Shown here piece by piece: positions 18,323 through 29,985 of a DNA stretch of 64,000 nucleotides. The DNA comes from Chloroflexota bacterium. Its GTDB lineage: Bacteria > Chloroflexota > Anaerolineae > UBA1429. Each line of letters starts with the position of its first letter. Within the stretch, counting starts at the first letter, position 1. The notes beneath the pieces were generated by a model. That model did no database searches and had not been told where the DNA came from. It saw only the letters and a list, made by a program, of their open reading frames with translations. Location of the stretch: contig JAAYAW010000085.1 in the NCBI GenBank assembly GCA_012719135.1, positions 2,067 through 66,066 on the forward strand, in the 5' to 3' direction. Made by a program: the position numbers and the translations under genes.

Positions 18323-21242
18323 GGACCGATTCTCTGGTCGAATCTGGCTCCGAAACCGTCTCGGCGGGCGCCGTGCTCGACACACCCAGGAGCGGTCGCA
18401 GGAACTGACCTGTATAGGATTCGGCTACGCTGGCGACCTGCTCGGGCGTCCCCGTGGTAACGATCCGGCCGCCGGCATCGCCGCCATCGGGACCCAGATC
18501 GATGATCCAATCGGCGCTCTTGATCACATCCAGGTTGTGCTCAATGATGACGACGGTGTTTCCCGCATCGACGAGCCGCGAGAGCACCGTCAGAAGCCGG
18601 TCCACATCGGCCATGTGCAGGCCCACGGTTGGCTCATCGAGGATGTAAAAGGTCTGGCCCGTCGCGCGTCTGGCTAGCTCACGCGCCAGCTTGACGCGCT
18701 GAGCTTCGCCTCCGGACAGCGTTGTGGCTGGTTGGCCCAGTCGCACGTAGCCCAACCCGACCTCATGGAGCGTCTCCAGGCGGGGGCGGATGCGGGGCTG
18801 GTTCTCAAAGAATCCCAGCGCCTCGTCCACCGTCATATCCAGCGCGTCGGCGATGCTGGCACCCTTGTAGCGGATCTCTAGCGCCTCGCGGTTGTATCTC
18901 TTGCCATGGCAGACTTCGCATGGGACGTAGACGTCCGGCAGGAACTGCATCTCTATGCGGATGATCCCGGCCCCCTGGCACGCTTCACAGCGCCCGCCCC
19001 GTACGTTAAAGGAGAACCGTCCTGCCTTATAGCCACGGATCTTGGCCTCTGGCAGCGTGGCGTACAGTTCCCGCAGCGGACCAAAGATGCCTGTATAGGT
19101 CGCCGGATTGGACCGCGGCGTGCGCCCGATGGGCGATTGGTCGATATTGATGACTTTGTCGAGATACTCAAGCCCGAGCATCTCGTCGTGCTCAGCGGGA
19201 TGCTCCATCGCGCGATTCAGGTCGCGCGCCAGTCGCTTCTCGACGATCTCCATCAGCAGGCTGCTCTTGCCCGATCCGGAGACTCCGGTGATCGCTACAA
19301 GACGTCCGAGGGGGATCTCGGCGTCGATGTTCTTGAGGTTGTTGGCTCGCGCACCCACCACGCGCAGAACCTTGCCGTTACCGCTTCGGCGCCGGCGTGG
19401 CACGGGGACGGCCCGGGCGCCACTGATATACTGGCCGGTGGCCGACTCCTGGCAGGCGATGATGTCCTGCAGCGTGCCCTGAGCCGTGACATAGCCCCCG
19501 CGCTCACCGGCTCCCGGGCCCAGATCGACCACCCAATCCGCAGCACGGATGGTGGCCTCATCATGCTCTACCACGAGCACAGAATTGCCGAGGTCGCGCA
19601 GGCGGAGCAACGTATCGATCAGCTTCTCATTGTCTCTCTGATGCAGACCGATGCTGGGCTCATCGAGCACATAGAGTACACCGACGAGTTGCGAGCCGAT
19701 CTGGGTGGCGAGGCGGATGCGCTGTCCCTCCCCGCCCGATAGCGACGCTGCACCCCGGGCGAGCGTGAGATAATGCAGCCCGACGTCCTGCAGGAACCCG
19801 AGGCGAGACTCTAGCTCCTTGAGGATTTGGCGGGCGATCAGTTCATCGCGCTCGGAGAACTGGCCCGCCAGGGACTGGACAAAACCCATGCTCTGGCCGA
19901 TGGGCAACTGAGTGACCTCATAGATGTTCCGTCCACCCACGGTCACTGCCAGGCTCTCCGGCTTGAGCCGCTTGCCCTCACACGTGGGGCACGGCCGCTC
20001 CGTCATAAAGCTCTCGATCCAGCGTCTGATGCCGTCTGAACCGGTATCGTGATGCCGGCGCATCAGGTTGGGGATAACGCCTTCTACCGCCGAACGGTGT
20101 TGACGTTCCTCTCCCTGATGATTGACGTACCGCACGGTGACTGATTGCCCCCGGCTACCATATAGCACAGCGCGCCGGAACTCGGCTGGCAGCTGAGACC
20201 AGGGTGTATCCATTGATTGGCCATAGTGGTCGGCCACCGCCTGAAGCAAGCGGCGGTAGTACCCGTCGGCCTTGACAGCGGTGGCCCAGGGAGCGACGGC
20301 TCCGTCGTCTATCGAGAGCGAGTGGTCCGGCACGATCAGGGCGGGATCGATCTCGGCCTTGTATCCAAGGCCGGTGCAATCGGGACAGGCCCCATGGGGG
20401 CTGTTGAAGGAAAAGGTGCGCGGCTCGATCTCGGGCATCGTCGATCCGTGCTCGGGGCAGGCATAGTTCTGCGAGAACAGGATCTCCTCGCCCTCTACGA
20501 TTACCACGCGAAGCACGCCGTCGCCGAGTTCGAGTGACGTCTCCACCGAGTCGTTCAAACGGGCCCGATCGGAATCGGCGGCGTCATCGTCTCCCGCGGC
20601 GTATCTCCGGATCACCAGGCGATCCACTACGACCTCGATGGTGTGCATCTTGTACCGGTCCAGCACGATCTCGTGGTCCAGTTCGATGATCTCGCCGTTG
20701 ATACGGGCGCGCACGTACCCGGCCTTGACGAGGTCGTCCAGCAGCCGTTTGTGCTCCCCTTTTCGGTCCTTGATCATCGGCGCGAGCAGCATGATGCGCG
20801 TGCCATCGGGAAGCGAGCGGATCTCGTCCACGATCTGTTGTACCGTCTGGCGGGTGATCTCTCGCCCGCAGATGGGGCAGTGCGGGGTGCCCACGCGGGC
20901 GTAGAGGAGCCGGAGATAATCATAGATCTCGGTCACCGTGCCCACGGTGGAACGCGGGCTCCGGCTCGTGCTTCGCTGGTCGATGCTAATGGCTGGCGAC
21001 AAGCCCTCGATATGGTCCAGGTCGGGCTTGTCCATGCGCCCCAGGAACTGCCGCGCGTAGGCCGAAAGCGACTCTACATACCGGCGCTGCCCTTCGGCGT
21101 AGATGGTGTCGAACGCCAGGGAGGACTTGCCCGAACCTGAAAGCCCGGTGATCACCACGAGCTTGTCCCGGGGGATGTCGATATCGATGTTCTTGAGGTT
21201 GTGCTCGCGGGCACCACGAATACGGATGTCGTTATGTAGCAT
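18312..21242 (-). CDS. uvrA: excinuclease ABC subunit A
   Basis: About 976 aa; two ABC ATPase modules ([18 protein letters not shown]), Zn-finger cysteines, signature LSGGE motifs. Start at the conserved [21 protein letters not shown]; the track ORF extends 98 codons upstream. Confidence 0.95.
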   Translation of the reverse strand: MLHNDIRIRGAREHNLKNIDIDIPRDKLVVITGLSGSGKSSLAFDTIYAEGQRRYVESLSAYARQFLGRMDKPDLDHIEGLSPAISIDQRSTSRSPRSTVGTVTEIYDYLRLLYARVGTPHCPICGREITRQTVQQIVDEIRSLPDGTRIMLLAPMIKDRKGEHKRLLDDLVKAGYVRARINGEIIELDHEIVLDRYKMHTIEVVVDRLVIRRYAAGDDDAADSDRARLNDSVETSLELGDGVLRVVIVEGEEILFSQNYACPEHGSTMPEIEPRTFSFNSPHGACPDCTGLGYKAEIDPALIVPDHSLSIDDGAVAPWATAVKADGYYRRLLQAVADHYGQSMDTPWSQLPAEFRRAVLYGSRGQSVTVRYVNHQGEERQHRSAVEGVIPNLMRRHHDTGSDGIRRWIESFMTERPCPTCEGKRLKPESLAVTVGGRNIYEVTQLPIGQSMGFVQSLAGQFSERDELIARQILKELESRLGFLQDVGLHYLTLARGAASLSGGEGQRIRLATQIGSQLVGVLYVLDEPSIGLHQRDNEKLIDTLLRLRDLGNSVLVVEHDEATIRAADWVVDLGPGAGERGGYVTAQGTLQDIIACQESATGQYISGARAVPVPRRRRSGNGKVLRVVGARANNLKNIDAEIPLGRLVAITGVSGSGKSSLLMEIVEKRLARDLNRAMEHPAEHDEMLGLEYLDKVINIDQSPIGRTPRSNPATYTGIFGPLRELYATLPEAKIRGYKAGRFSFNVRGGRCEACQGAGIIRIEMQFLPDVYVPCEVCHGKRYNREALEIRYKGASIADALDMTVDEALGFFENQPRIRPRLETLHEVGLGYVRLGQPATTLSGGEAQRVKLARELARRATGQTFYILDEPTVGLHMADVDRLLTVLSRLVDAGNTVVIIEHNLDVIKSADWIIDLGPDGGDAGGRIVTTGTPEQVASVAESYTGQFLRPLLGVSSTAPAETVSEPDSTRESVHAS

Positions 21243-21275
21243 GCCTGCTCCTGCAGAACCTGAGTGCGAAACCCG

Positions 21276-21304
21276 ATTATAGCCCAGTCCCCGCTCTCTC
21301 TCAA
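21276..21304 (-). promoter_or_regulatory. putative promoter TTGAGA-17-TATAAT (minus strand) upstream of uvrA
   Basis: Minus strand reads TTGAGAgagagcggggactgggcTATAATcggg...gcAGGAGcaggcATG. Near-consensus spacing, and the AGGAG RBS lies in front of the uvrA ATG. Confidence 0.55.
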
Positions 21305-21343
21305 CCGGAGGCGTGCCGCTGAGGCTGGATCGACACGCACATC

Positions 21344-22291
21344 CTAGTAGACGCGATCGAGTTCCTGGCGCCAGCCGTGCTCCAGCCCCAGGGCGTCGGC
21401 CGCATCCAGGACACGAGCATACTCCCGGTGGTACAGGCGCCGGCCCAGTACAGGGTGATCCACGACCTGGTGCGCGGGGAAATACTGGGACATGAGACTG
21501 ACGTGGATCCGTGGAGTCAGAGCCTGCGCAATCCACTTGAGCACCTCGATGCTCTGGGATAGCTCCCCAGGCAACACAAGGTGGCGGACAATCATCCCGC
21601 GCCTGGCGATCCCGGCCTCATCCACGAGCAACTCTGTGCCGACCTGGCGCCTTATCTCCAGCAACGCTGCCCGGTTGGCCTCCACGTATCCCACGAACCC
21701 CGAAAGCTCCAGTGCAACAGAGTCATCCGCGTACTTGGCATCGGGAAGATAGATGTCGACGATCCCGTCCAGCAAGGAGAGAGCCTCGAGGCTGTCATAC
21801 CCGCTGGTGTTGTACAGGATCGGGATGTGCAAGCCCTGCGGGAGGGCGAGCGAGACGGCCTCGATGATGCTCGGCACATAGTGTGTAGGCGTGACCAAGT
21901 TGATGTTGTGGCACCCCTTGCGCTGCAGGGCCAGCATCGCCTCGGCCAGGCGCCCCGTGCTCCATTCGTTACCTGTGCCCAGCTGGCTGATGGGATAGTT
22001 CTGGCAGAACAGGCAAGCCCCGGTGCAGAAGGAGAAGAACACGGTGCCGGATCCGCGCGTTCCACTGATGGGCGGCTCCTCCCAGTGGTGCGGACCATGG
22101 CTGGCTACTCGCGGAGTGGCCCCCGCACCGCAAAAGCCAAGCTCACCGGCCAGCCTGTTTACGCCGCAGCGCCTCGGGCACAGCACGCACGCCTCCAGGA
22201 GCGCTCGTGCCCGTTCCACGCGGCGTCCGAGTTCGTCGGCCCCCAGCGATACGTAGGCAGGAGGAGCATCCAGGCTGGAGAGAGGATCCAT
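21344..22291 (-). CDS. radical SAM protein, PflX/COG1313-like (pyruvate formate-lyase activase homologue of unknown function)
   Basis: CX3CX2C radical-SAM motif ([13 protein letters not shown]) plus an N-terminal CxxCPRRCxVNR...GFCG auxiliary Cys motif characteristic of the PflX family. Lies between uvrB and uvrA. Start at ATG 22291 (MDPLSSL) to avoid a 40-nt overlap with uvrB; the alternative is GTG 22336. Confidence 0.75.
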   Translation of the reverse strand: MDPLSSLDAPPAYVSLGADELGRRVERARALLEACVLCPRRCGVNRLAGELGFCGAGATPRVASHGPHHWEEPPISGTRGSGTVFFSFCTGACLFCQNYPISQLGTGNEWSTGRLAEAMLALQRKGCHNINLVTPTHYVPSIIEAVSLALPQGLHIPILYNTSGYDSLEALSLLDGIVDIYLPDAKYADDSVALELSGFVGYVEANRAALLEIRRQVGTELLVDEAGIARRGMIVRHLVLPGELSQSIEVLKWIAQALTPRIHVSLMSQYFPAHQVVDHPVLGRRLYHREYARVLDAADALGLEHGWRQELDRVY

Positions 22292-22296
22292 ACGGG

Positions 22297-24318
22297 CTAC
22301 CGCCGCTTTCGATCCATCTCGCGGTATCGTTCCCACTCTGGCCGCTCGTCCTGCGCCTGCAAGTCGCGCTGCAGCCCGAGAATCTGATCGCGCAGGAGCG
22401 CGGCCTTCTCAAACTCCAGATTCCTTGCAGCCGTCTTCATCTCCTCTTCCAGCACGCTGATCAGGTGCTGTGCTTCGTCTTCTGGCATCGACGCACCAGC
22501 CTGCCGCTTCTCCTCCGGCTCTGTGTGCAGCGAGTTTGTCAGCGAGTAGATCTCTTTAATAATGCTGGCTGGTGTGATGCTGTGGGCAAGGTTATATTCT
22601 TCCTGGATCGATCTTCGTCGATTCGTTTCTTCGATCGCCCTCCGCATCGAGTCCGTGATGGTATCCGCGTACATCACCACGCGACCGTTCACGTTTCGGG
22701 CAGCTCGCCCGATCGTCTGGATGAGCGAGTTGTCCGACCTCAGGAAGCCTTCCTTGTCGGCATCCAGGACGGCGACCAGCGAGACCTCCGGCAGGTCCAG
22801 CCCTTCACGCAGCAGGTTCACCCCGACAACGACGTCGTATACCCCGCCTCGCAGATCGCGCAGGATGTCCACGCGCTCGATGGTGGACACCTCCGAGTGC
22901 AGATAGTGCACGCTGAACCCCGCCTCGGCCAGATAGTCGGAGAGGTCCTCTGCCATGCGCTTGGTCAGCGTGGTTACCAGGGCGCGCTCTCCGCGCTGCG
23001 TAACGGCCCTCAACTCGCGGATCAGGTCGTCGATCTGTCCCTCGATCGGCCGGACCACCACGTCAGGGTCCACCAGGCCCGTCGGCCGGATGACCTGCTC
23101 AACGACGCGCGCACTCACCTGCCCCTCATACTCGCGCGGCGTAGCCGAGACAAAGATGCATTGGTTGACGTGATCCTCGAACTCTTCAAACGTGAGGGGC
23201 CGGTTGTCCATGGCCGAAGGCAGCCGGAAGCCAAAGTCCACGAGCACCTGCTTGCGGGCCCGGTCGCCGTTGTACATCCCCCGCACCTGAGGCACCGTCA
23301 TGTGTGATTCGTCGATGAACATCAGGTAGTCTGCGGGGAAATAGTCCAGCAGTGTCCAGGGGGGCTCCCCAGGCTGACGCTGCGACAGATGCCGCGAATA
23401 GTTCTCGATGCCCGAGCAGTAGCCCATCTCGCGCAACATCTCGAGATCGTAACGGGTGCGCTGTTCCAGGCGCTGGGCCTCCAGCAGCAACTCCTGGCTC
23501 CTCAGATGGGCCAGCTGAGCTTCCAGCTCGCCCTCAATCGCTTCCAGCGCAGTCCCGAGCCGGTCCTGAGGCGTCACAAAGTGCTTGGCCGGGAAGATGC
23601 TCAGCGTGCTGTGCTCGCGGAGCAACTCCCCTGTGAGAGCATCAACCTCGGCCATCCGATCGACCGTATCCCCCCAGAATTCGATCCGGTACACCGTATC
23701 GCCATAGGCAGGCATGACTTCGACCGTATCGCCGCGCACGCGGAACCGGCCGGGGGCCAGCGACGCATCGTTCCTGTCGTAAAAGATGGCGACCAGGTGC
23801 CTGAGCAGCCGGTTCCGCTGTATCACCTCACCCCGCGCCATCTGGATCACCGCCTGCCCGTACTCGTCCGGATCCCCCAGGCCGTATATGCACGATACCG
23901 AGGCCACGATGATCACGTCGCGCCGGCTAAAGAGAGCGGAGGTCGCTGCCAGACGCATCCGCTCGATCTCTTCGTTGATCTGCGCATCCTTCTCGATATA
24001 CGTGTCTGTGCGCGGGATGTAGGCCTCGGGCTGGTAATAGTCATAGTAGCTGACAAAGTAGGCGACAGCGTTCTCCGGGAAGAACTCGCGGAACTCTGAA
24101 TAGAGCTGTGCCGCGAGTGTCTTGTTGTGGGCGATCACGAGGGTTGGACGCTGGACCGCCTGAATGATGTTGGCCATCACAAAGGTCTTTCCGGAACCGG
24201 TCACGCCCTTGAGGGTCTGATATCGGTCGGAGGCCTCGATGCCGCGGACCAGCGCGGAGATCGCCTCTGGCTGGTCACCAGTTGGCCGAAAGTCGCTTAC
24301 TAGCTGGAACTCTGGCAT
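22297..24318 (-). CDS. uvrB: excinuclease ABC subunit B
   Basis: 673 aa; helicase motifs ([12 protein letters not shown]), beta-hairpin region, C-terminal UvrC-interaction coiled coil ([11 protein letters not shown]). Confidence 0.95.
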   Translation of the reverse strand: MPEFQLVSDFRPTGDQPEAISALVRGIEASDRYQTLKGVTGSGKTFVMANIIQAVQRPTLVIAHNKTLAAQLYSEFREFFPENAVAYFVSYYDYYQPEAYIPRTDTYIEKDAQINEEIERMRLAATSALFSRRDVIIVASVSCIYGLGDPDEYGQAVIQMARGEVIQRNRLLRHLVAIFYDRNDASLAPGRFRVRGDTVEVMPAYGDTVYRIEFWGDTVDRMAEVDALTGELLREHSTLSIFPAKHFVTPQDRLGTALEAIEGELEAQLAHLRSQELLLEAQRLEQRTRYDLEMLREMGYCSGIENYSRHLSQRQPGEPPWTLLDYFPADYLMFIDESHMTVPQVRGMYNGDRARKQVLVDFGFRLPSAMDNRPLTFEEFEDHVNQCIFVSATPREYEGQVSARVVEQVIRPTGLVDPDVVVRPIEGQIDDLIRELRAVTQRGERALVTTLTKRMAEDLSDYLAEAGFSVHYLHSEVSTIERVDILRDLRGGVYDVVVGVNLLREGLDLPEVSLVAVLDADKEGFLRSDNSLIQTIGRAARNVNGRVVMYADTITDSMRRAIEETNRRRSIQEEYNLAHSITPASIIKEIYSLTNSLHTEPEEKRQAGASMPEDEAQHLISVLEEEMKTAARNLEFEKAALLRDQILGLQRDLQAQDERPEWERYREMDRKRR

Positions 24319-24414
24319 GGACGTCCCACCTCCATGGCGTACGCGGTGCGGTGGAAGATGTTAGCACATCCGTTCGCATTCCTGCAAACTCGCTCTTCCC
24401 TGTGGGCTTATGCC

Positions 24415-25458
24415 TCAGGAGGCGGGGGTACGGGCCAGCAGCGAGCCAAAACCTGAAGGGCGCTCCTGCACACCGGACTGTTCACGGAGGGGGATCAGCG
24501 ACAGGGCCCCGGAGGGACAGGTGGAAACGCACAGGCCGCAGCCCACGCAATGGCGCTCGTCCACCCGGGCGGGCCCAGCCTCGACTGCGATGGCGCCCAC
24601 GTGGCATCGGGTGACGCAACGCCCGCACTGCACACAGGCCTCTGCGTCTACTCGGGCGACGTACTGGCTGGAGGCGATCACCCGCTCTTTACCGTGTGCG
24701 GTCATGGCGCGAAGAAAGACGCAGCAGCATGGGCAGCAGTTGCAGATGACCCGCGGATGGGTGCTGTTTTCGGTGAGGTGCATGAGGCCGAGCGCCTCGC
24801 TGTGTTCCAGAATGCCCAGAGCCTCCTCCGCTGTGATCTCCCGCCCGATCTCCCGGGCGATCATGTACTCCGCCACCTCATTGAGGCCCAGGCAAGTCTC
24901 GGTTGGGTTACCGCACAGGCGCTCTCTGGTACGGCAGGGGCAATGCTCCACCGACAGGCGCTGGGCCTGCCTGATCTCGTCGACGATGCGCTCGTATGGC
25001 AGGGCCGTGCGCTGATCGGTGACCTGCTCCAGAACCGGGACGACGCGGAAGGGCCGTTGATCCCGCTCGGGATAGTCGTGCTCATGCACCAGCTCCTGGT
25101 TGTAGAACCGCTGCCAGGTATCCAGGAACACGTGACCGTACTCGAGATATCGCCGGTCAAAGAGAACCAGATCCATCAAAACGCCGGCATTCTCGATCGG
25201 CAGGTAGCGCGGATCCGGCCCTACCTCCGGATCGATCACGACGAGCCCACGCGAGTAGAGCGCCTCCAGGCCCTTGCGGACCTCGGCAACCGGTTCCCCC
25301 GTGGATGCAGAAAGGCCGGCGGCCGTTGCTGGCAGCGCGGCGATCCACGTCGCCTCGCGCTCGTCGACCATCGTGTCCCACAGCGATAGCAGAGCCTCGG
25401 AGCCCGGGTAACCGAGCCGGGCCACGATACCTGTTAGTGCGCGGCGCTTGGCGTCCAC
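24415..25458 (-). CDS. Cys-rich 4Fe-4S dicluster domain-containing protein (function unknown)
   Basis: 347 aa; two ferredoxin-type CxxCxxCxxxC(P) motifs (CVQCGRCVTRC; CVGCGLCVSTCP) plus an unusual CNCCPCCC cluster and a CPCRTRERLCG segment. Confidence 0.6.
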   Translation of the reverse strand: MDAKRRALTGIVARLGYPGSEALLSLWDTMVDEREATWIAALPATAAGLSASTGEPVAEVRKGLEALYSRGLVVIDPEVGPDPRYLPIENAGVLMDLVLFDRRYLEYGHVFLDTWQRFYNQELVHEHDYPERDQRPFRVVPVLEQVTDQRTALPYERIVDEIRQAQRLSVEHCPCRTRERLCGNPTETCLGLNEVAEYMIAREIGREITAEEALGILEHSEALGLMHLTENSTHPRVICNCCPCCCVFLRAMTAHGKERVIASSQYVARVDAEACVQCGRCVTRCHVGAIAVEAGPARVDERHCVGCGLCVSTCPSGALSLIPLREQSGVQERPSGFGSLLARTPAS

Positions 25459-25556
25459 ACGACCTCCAGATGCTAGTGGCCATCGATGGCATCGTAGCGG
25501 CTGCTCAGCCCTTCGTCAATGCGCCAGCGCCGTGTGATCGCGTAGAGTCACGATCG

Positions 25557-25584
25557 TTGACAGATGACGAGAATCCGGTACCAT
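25557..25584 (+). promoter_or_regulatory. putative promoter TTGACA-16-TACCAT upstream of the aconitase-family gene
   Basis: cgTTGACAgatgacgagaatccggTACCATgaagg about 100 nt upstream of the ATG at 25686, in the divergent intergenic region. Confidence 0.35.
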
Positions 25585-25685
25585 GAAGGACGGTGTGCGC
25601 TGAGGCGCGCCCTTCCTCGCGTTGCCGCGGAACGGTTTGTTAAAGCTTCTCCGCCCTAGCCTGCCCACGCCAGAAAGGATATGCC

Positions 25686-27611
25686 ATGACCCGAACCTTG
25701 GTCGAAAAGATCATCGGCGAGCATCTCGTAGAGGGACAGATGCTACCTGGAAGTGAGATCGGCCTGCGCATCGATCAGACACTGACCCAGGATGCCACCG
25801 GGACCATGACGTATCTGCAGTTCGAGGCCATCGGCATGGACCGAGTGCGGACGGAGCTATCGGTCAGTTATGTCGATCATAATATGCTGCAGACCGACTT
25901 TCGCAATGCGGACGATCATCGCTATCTGCAGACTGTTGCGGCGAGACACGGCATCCACTTCTCACGGCCTGGCAACGGCATCTGTCATCAGGTGCATCTG
26001 GAGCGTTTTGGAGCCCCTGGGAAGACGCTATTGGGTGCGGATAGCCACACGCCGACGGGCGGCGGGCTTGGCATGCTCGCCATTGGCTCGGGCGGGCTCG
26101 ATGTGGCTGTGGCGATGGCCGGCCGCCCCTACTACCTCCCCATGCCCGAGGTCGTTCTCGTGCGGCTCCTTGGACAGATGTCCCCCTGGGTCTCGGCAAA
26201 GGATGTGATTCTGGAGCTGCTGCGGCGCCTTTCTGTCAAGGGCGGCGTTGGCCGCGTGTTTGAGTACGGTGGCCCCGGAATCGCGAGCCTGAGCGTCCCG
26301 CAGCGCGCGACGATCACCAATATGGGCGCGGAGTTGGGGGCCACCTCATCGCTCTTCCCCAGCGACGAGCAGACCCTTCTGTTCCTGCGAGCCCAGGGAC
26401 GCGAACAGGATTGGCGTTCTCTCGCCGCCGATGACGGCGCCGGCTATGCGGAAACCATAGAGATCGACCTCTCGGCGCTGGAGCCACTCGTCGCGGTGCC
26501 GCACATGCCGGACCGGGTGGTGCCCGTACGCGAGGTGGCCGGAACCCCGATAGACCAGGTGTGTATCGGCAGCTGCACCAATTCGTCGGTTGTTGATCTC
26601 GAGAGCGTTGCGGCGATCCTCGAGGGCCAGGTGGTGGCCCCGGGGGTCTCACTGACCGTGAGCCCGGGGAGCCGACAGGCTCTGGCGATGATCGCTCGGA
26701 GCGGCGCGCTCCACGCCTTGATCTCGGCGGGCGCCCGTCTGCTGGACGCGGGCTGCGGCCCCTGCATCGGCATGGGTCAATCGCCCGCCAGCGGTGCGGC
26801 ATCGCTGCGCTCGTTTAACCGCAACTTTAGGGGGCGCAGCGGCACGGCCGACGCGGGCATCTACCTGGCCAGCGCCGAGGTGTGTGCCGCCTCCGCCATC
26901 ACCGGGGTACTCACCGATCCTCGGACGCTCGGCGAGGCTCCGCGCATCGAGATGCCCGCAGCCTTTACCGTGGATGATCGGTTGATCATCGCCCCACCCG
27001 AGAACAATGCCTCCGTCGAGGTGGTGCGTGGGCCAAACATAAAGCCTCTGCCCACCCGCGACGTTCTTGACGACACGCTTCAGGGCGAGGTTCTGCTGGT
27101 CACCGGTGACAACATCACCACGGATGACATCATGCCCGCGGGCTCGCAGGTCCTGCCCTTCCGCTCCAACATACCGGCCATGTCGCAGTACGTCTTTGGG
27201 ACCATCGACAAGAGCTTCCCTGAGCGGGCCCGGGCAGCAGGCGGGGGTTTTGTGATCGGTGGCGAGAACTATGGTCAGGGGTCAAGCCGCGAGCACGCCG
27301 CCCTGGTTCCCATGTATCTTGGCGTGCAGGCCGTCATCGCCAAGTCGTTTGCCCGCATCCATCACGCCAACCTGGCGAACGTGGGTATTGTGCCGTTGAC
27401 CTTTGTCGATGCGGCCGATGCTTCGCGCATTGAGCAGGATGATCTACTGCGCATCGCTGGGCTTGGCGACGCTCTGCGCTCGGGCCGGCCCGTGGTGGTG
27501 GAGAACGTCACCAAGGGGTGGGTGTTCCGCGCGCGGGCTGATCTTTCGCCTCGCCAGATCGACGTGTTGCTGGCCGGCGGCATGCTGAACCACATCAAGA
27601 TCAACAGTTAG
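25686..27611 (+). CDS. aconitase-family hydratase (probable aconitate hydratase; fused large + swivel domains)
   Basis: 641 aa; aconitase Fe-S ligand region ([16 protein letters not shown]), and a C-terminal swivel domain with the SR motif ([15 protein letters not shown]). Confidence 0.85.
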   Translation: MTRTLVEKIIGEHLVEGQMLPGSEIGLRIDQTLTQDATGTMTYLQFEAIGMDRVRTELSVSYVDHNMLQTDFRNADDHRYLQTVAARHGIHFSRPGNGICHQVHLERFGAPGKTLLGADSHTPTGGGLGMLAIGSGGLDVAVAMAGRPYYLPMPEVVLVRLLGQMSPWVSAKDVILELLRRLSVKGGVGRVFEYGGPGIASLSVPQRATITNMGAELGATSSLFPSDEQTLLFLRAQGREQDWRSLAADDGAGYAETIEIDLSALEPLVAVPHMPDRVVPVREVAGTPIDQVCIGSCTNSSVVDLESVAAILEGQVVAPGVSLTVSPGSRQALAMIARSGALHALISAGARLLDAGCGPCIGMGQSPASGAASLRSFNRNFRGRSGTADAGIYLASAEVCAASAITGVLTDPRTLGEAPRIEMPAAFTVDDRLIIAPPENNASVEVVRGPNIKPLPTRDVLDDTLQGEVLLVTGDNITTDDIMPAGSQVLPFRSNIPAMSQYVFGTIDKSFPERARAAGGGFVIGGENYGQGSSREHAALVPMYLGVQAVIAKSFARIHHANLANVGIVPLTFVDAADASRIEQDDLLRIAGLGDALRSGRPVVVENVTKGWVFRARADLSPRQIDVLLAGGMLNHIKINS

Positions 27612-27624
27612 GATAGGAGCGGAG

Positions 27625-28644
27625 ATGAGTTATCCAGTAACGCTGATCCCCGGCGATGGCATCGGTGCCGAGGTAACCGCGGCGATGCGTCGCGTGGTTG
27701 ACGCCACGGGCGTACGTATTGAATGGGAAGTGCAGGAGGCCGGTGCGGCCGTCATCGAAGCCTATGGGACGCCCCTGCCGGAGCATGTGCTCGAATCCAT
27801 CCGCCGCAATCGCGTCGGCATCAAGGGCCCCGTCACCACGCCGATCGGAACCGGCTTTCGCAGCGTGAATGTTGCCCTGCGCAAGGCGCTTGATCTCTAT
27901 GCCAACCTGCGCCCTGCCCGCAGCATCCCCGGCGTGGCCTCACGCTACGAGGACATCGATCTCGTGATCGTGCGCGAGAACACCGAGGGCCTCTATGCCG
28001 GTATCGAGCATGACGTGATTCCCGATATGGCGGCGGAATCCATTCGCATCATCACCCGCCCGGCGACGGAGCGCATCGTGCGCTTTGCCTTTGAGTATGC
28101 GAGGGCCAATGGACGCAAGCAGGTGACGGCCGTCCACAAGGCGAACATCCTCAAGGCGACCGACGGTCTCTTCCTGCGGGTGGCGCAGCAAGTCGCGGCA
28201 CAGTACCCGGACATCGCCTTCAACGACCGCATTGTGGACAACTGCTGCATGCAGTTGGTGCAGCGCCCGCATGAGTACGACGTGCTGGTGCTTCCGAATC
28301 TCTTTGGGGATATCGTGAGTGACCTCTGCTCCGGCCTGGTGGGCGGCCTCGGCGTTGCGCCCGGCGCCAACATCGGCAAGGACATCGCCGTCTTTGAGCC
28401 CGTGCACGGCTCGGCGCCCAAATACGCCGGCCAGAACAAGGTCAACCCGACGGCCACGATCCTGAGTGGGGCGCTCATGCTTCGCCACTTGAGCGAGCGT
28501 GAGGCGGCCCTGCGCATTGAGAGCGCCGTGACCAAGGTCATCGCTGAGGGCCAATACGTCACATACGATCTCAAGGCTGAGCGAGACGATCCGAGTGCCG
28601 TGGGCACGCAGGAGATGGCGGACGCGATCATCGCGGCCTTGTAG
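27625..28644 (+). CDS. isocitrate/isopropylmalate dehydrogenase family protein (likely NAD-dependent isocitrate dehydrogenase)
   Basis: 339 aa; beta-decarboxylating dehydrogenase motifs ([27 protein letters not shown]). Directly follows the aconitase-family gene, which suggests IDH. Homoisocitrate DH cannot be excluded. Confidence 0.8.
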   Translation: MSYPVTLIPGDGIGAEVTAAMRRVVDATGVRIEWEVQEAGAAVIEAYGTPLPEHVLESIRRNRVGIKGPVTTPIGTGFRSVNVALRKALDLYANLRPARSIPGVASRYEDIDLVIVRENTEGLYAGIEHDVIPDMAAESIRIITRPATERIVRFAFEYARANGRKQVTAVHKANILKATDGLFLRVAQQVAAQYPDIAFNDRIVDNCCMQLVQRPHEYDVLVLPNLFGDIVSDLCSGLVGGLGVAPGANIGKDIAVFEPVHGSAPKYAGQNKVNPTATILSGALMLRHLSEREAALRIESAVTKVIAEGQYVTYDLKAERDDPSAVGTQEMADAIIAAL

Positions 28645-28665
28645 CCAGCGCCAGGATAGTCGTCA

Positions 28666-28707
28666 GGGCCCCGCCATCAAAGGGACGGCGGGGCCCTGCT
28701 TTGTCTC
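28666..28707 (+). terminator. intrinsic terminator hairpin (GGGCCCCGCC...GGCGGGGCCC) followed by TGCTTTGTCTC
   Basis: 10-bp perfect GC stem, 11-nt loop, T-rich 3' tail. Sits 20 nt after the IDH stop, between convergent genes. Confidence 0.55.
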
Positions 28708-28730
28708 GGCGGGAGGGCTGCTGCGGCGCG

Positions 28731-29933
28731 TCAGTGGCCTGTGGCCAGCTCCGCCGCTGCGGGGTTGGGCCTCCTTATCCTGGCGACGGCCAAGAGCGCA
28801 AGCAAACCGTTCACCAGGGCAATGAAGGGCAGGACCGCGAGCGTGCTGGCCAGGCCTGCCTGGTCGGCGAGCAAACCCAGGATCCAGGTGCCGACGGCAC
28901 CCGAGACAAAACCGAAACCCAGAAACACGCCGGACATCACGGCCATACGCTCAGGAGAACGCTGTTGACCGGTGACCAGTAGGAGCGTGTGCGAAGGACC
29001 GAGAAAGAGCCCGGCGATCACCAGCGAGACATAGCTGCCCATGCCCGTGAGGCGCACGTAGCCCCACAGCGCGGCCGCAGTCAGGAGCAGGCTCAACACC
29101 AGGATGCGCGCGATGCCGAGGCGGTCCGCGAGATACGCGCCCAGCACGCCGCCCGCCGCCACCGCCGCGAGAAAGAGCGAGTTCACACTGCCGTACACCG
29201 CCGCCGATACGCCCAGGTCCTCTTGGTACTTGGGCACATAGGTGACGATGGCCTGTTGCGTCAGGGCTCTCAACGCAATGGCCCCGAGAAGCACGGCCAA
29301 CACCAGCCATACCATTCGGCCTTGTTCGGCGGGTTCCCGCCCATCTGAAGCGGTTCCGGGAGCGGCGGCCCCGAGTCTCCGGGGCACCAGCCGGCGCACA
29401 ACCAGCAGCGCCAGGGCAATGTTGAGCACGGCGATGCTCACGAGCGAGACTCGGCCATAGTTCGCGATGAGCAAGCCCCCGAGGGCAGAGCCCAGGAGGG
29501 CCGTCCCCAGCGTGCCGCCGAAGAAGAACAGAGAAGTGGTGGTGGCGCCAAGCTTTGAGCCGCCCGCAAGCGTGGAGTTGGCCGTTCCCTGCGGGTGAAA
29601 GGCGCCAGAGCCCAGGCCGGCCAGGGCAATGAGCGTGGTGATGACCAGCTTGCTCTCGGCAAAGAGCGTCCCGGCAAAGAGCAGCGCCGTCCAGATGATG
29701 GCGCCCACGGCGAACAGCCGTCCACCGTAGCGCTCGCAAAGCCGCCCGAAAAAGGGCTGGGTGATGGAGGACACCGCCTGATAAAAGAGCAGCATCAGGC
29801 CAATGTCCGCGTTCGTCAGTCCCACCGTAGCGCTGATCGATGCCAGCAGAATCGGTGTGACGCCCTACCAGGTGTCATGCAGGGCGTGTGCGAGGCCTTC
29901 GCCGATGAGCGTGTTCCGAGCCGTTCGATCCAT
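28731..29933 (-). pseudogene. MFS transporter interrupted by an in-frame TAG at codon 23 (possible pseudogene, sequencing error, or reinitiation at GTG 29825)
   Basis: Track ORF 28731..29825 (364 aa) has clear MFS helices. The upstream in-frame segment MDRTARNTLIGEGLAHALHDTW-TAG-GVTPILLASISATVGLTNADIG (ATG at 29933, TAG at comp. about 29865-29867) restores a canonical 400-aa MFS N-terminus. Confidence 0.6.
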
Positions 29934-29985
29934 CCGAGCCAACCTCCGCGGTATGGGCAGATCCGGGCGTGCGAATGAGCAGCGG

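Noticed and set aside
22207-23307. 366-aa plus-strand ORF
   Set aside because: Antisense to uvrB.
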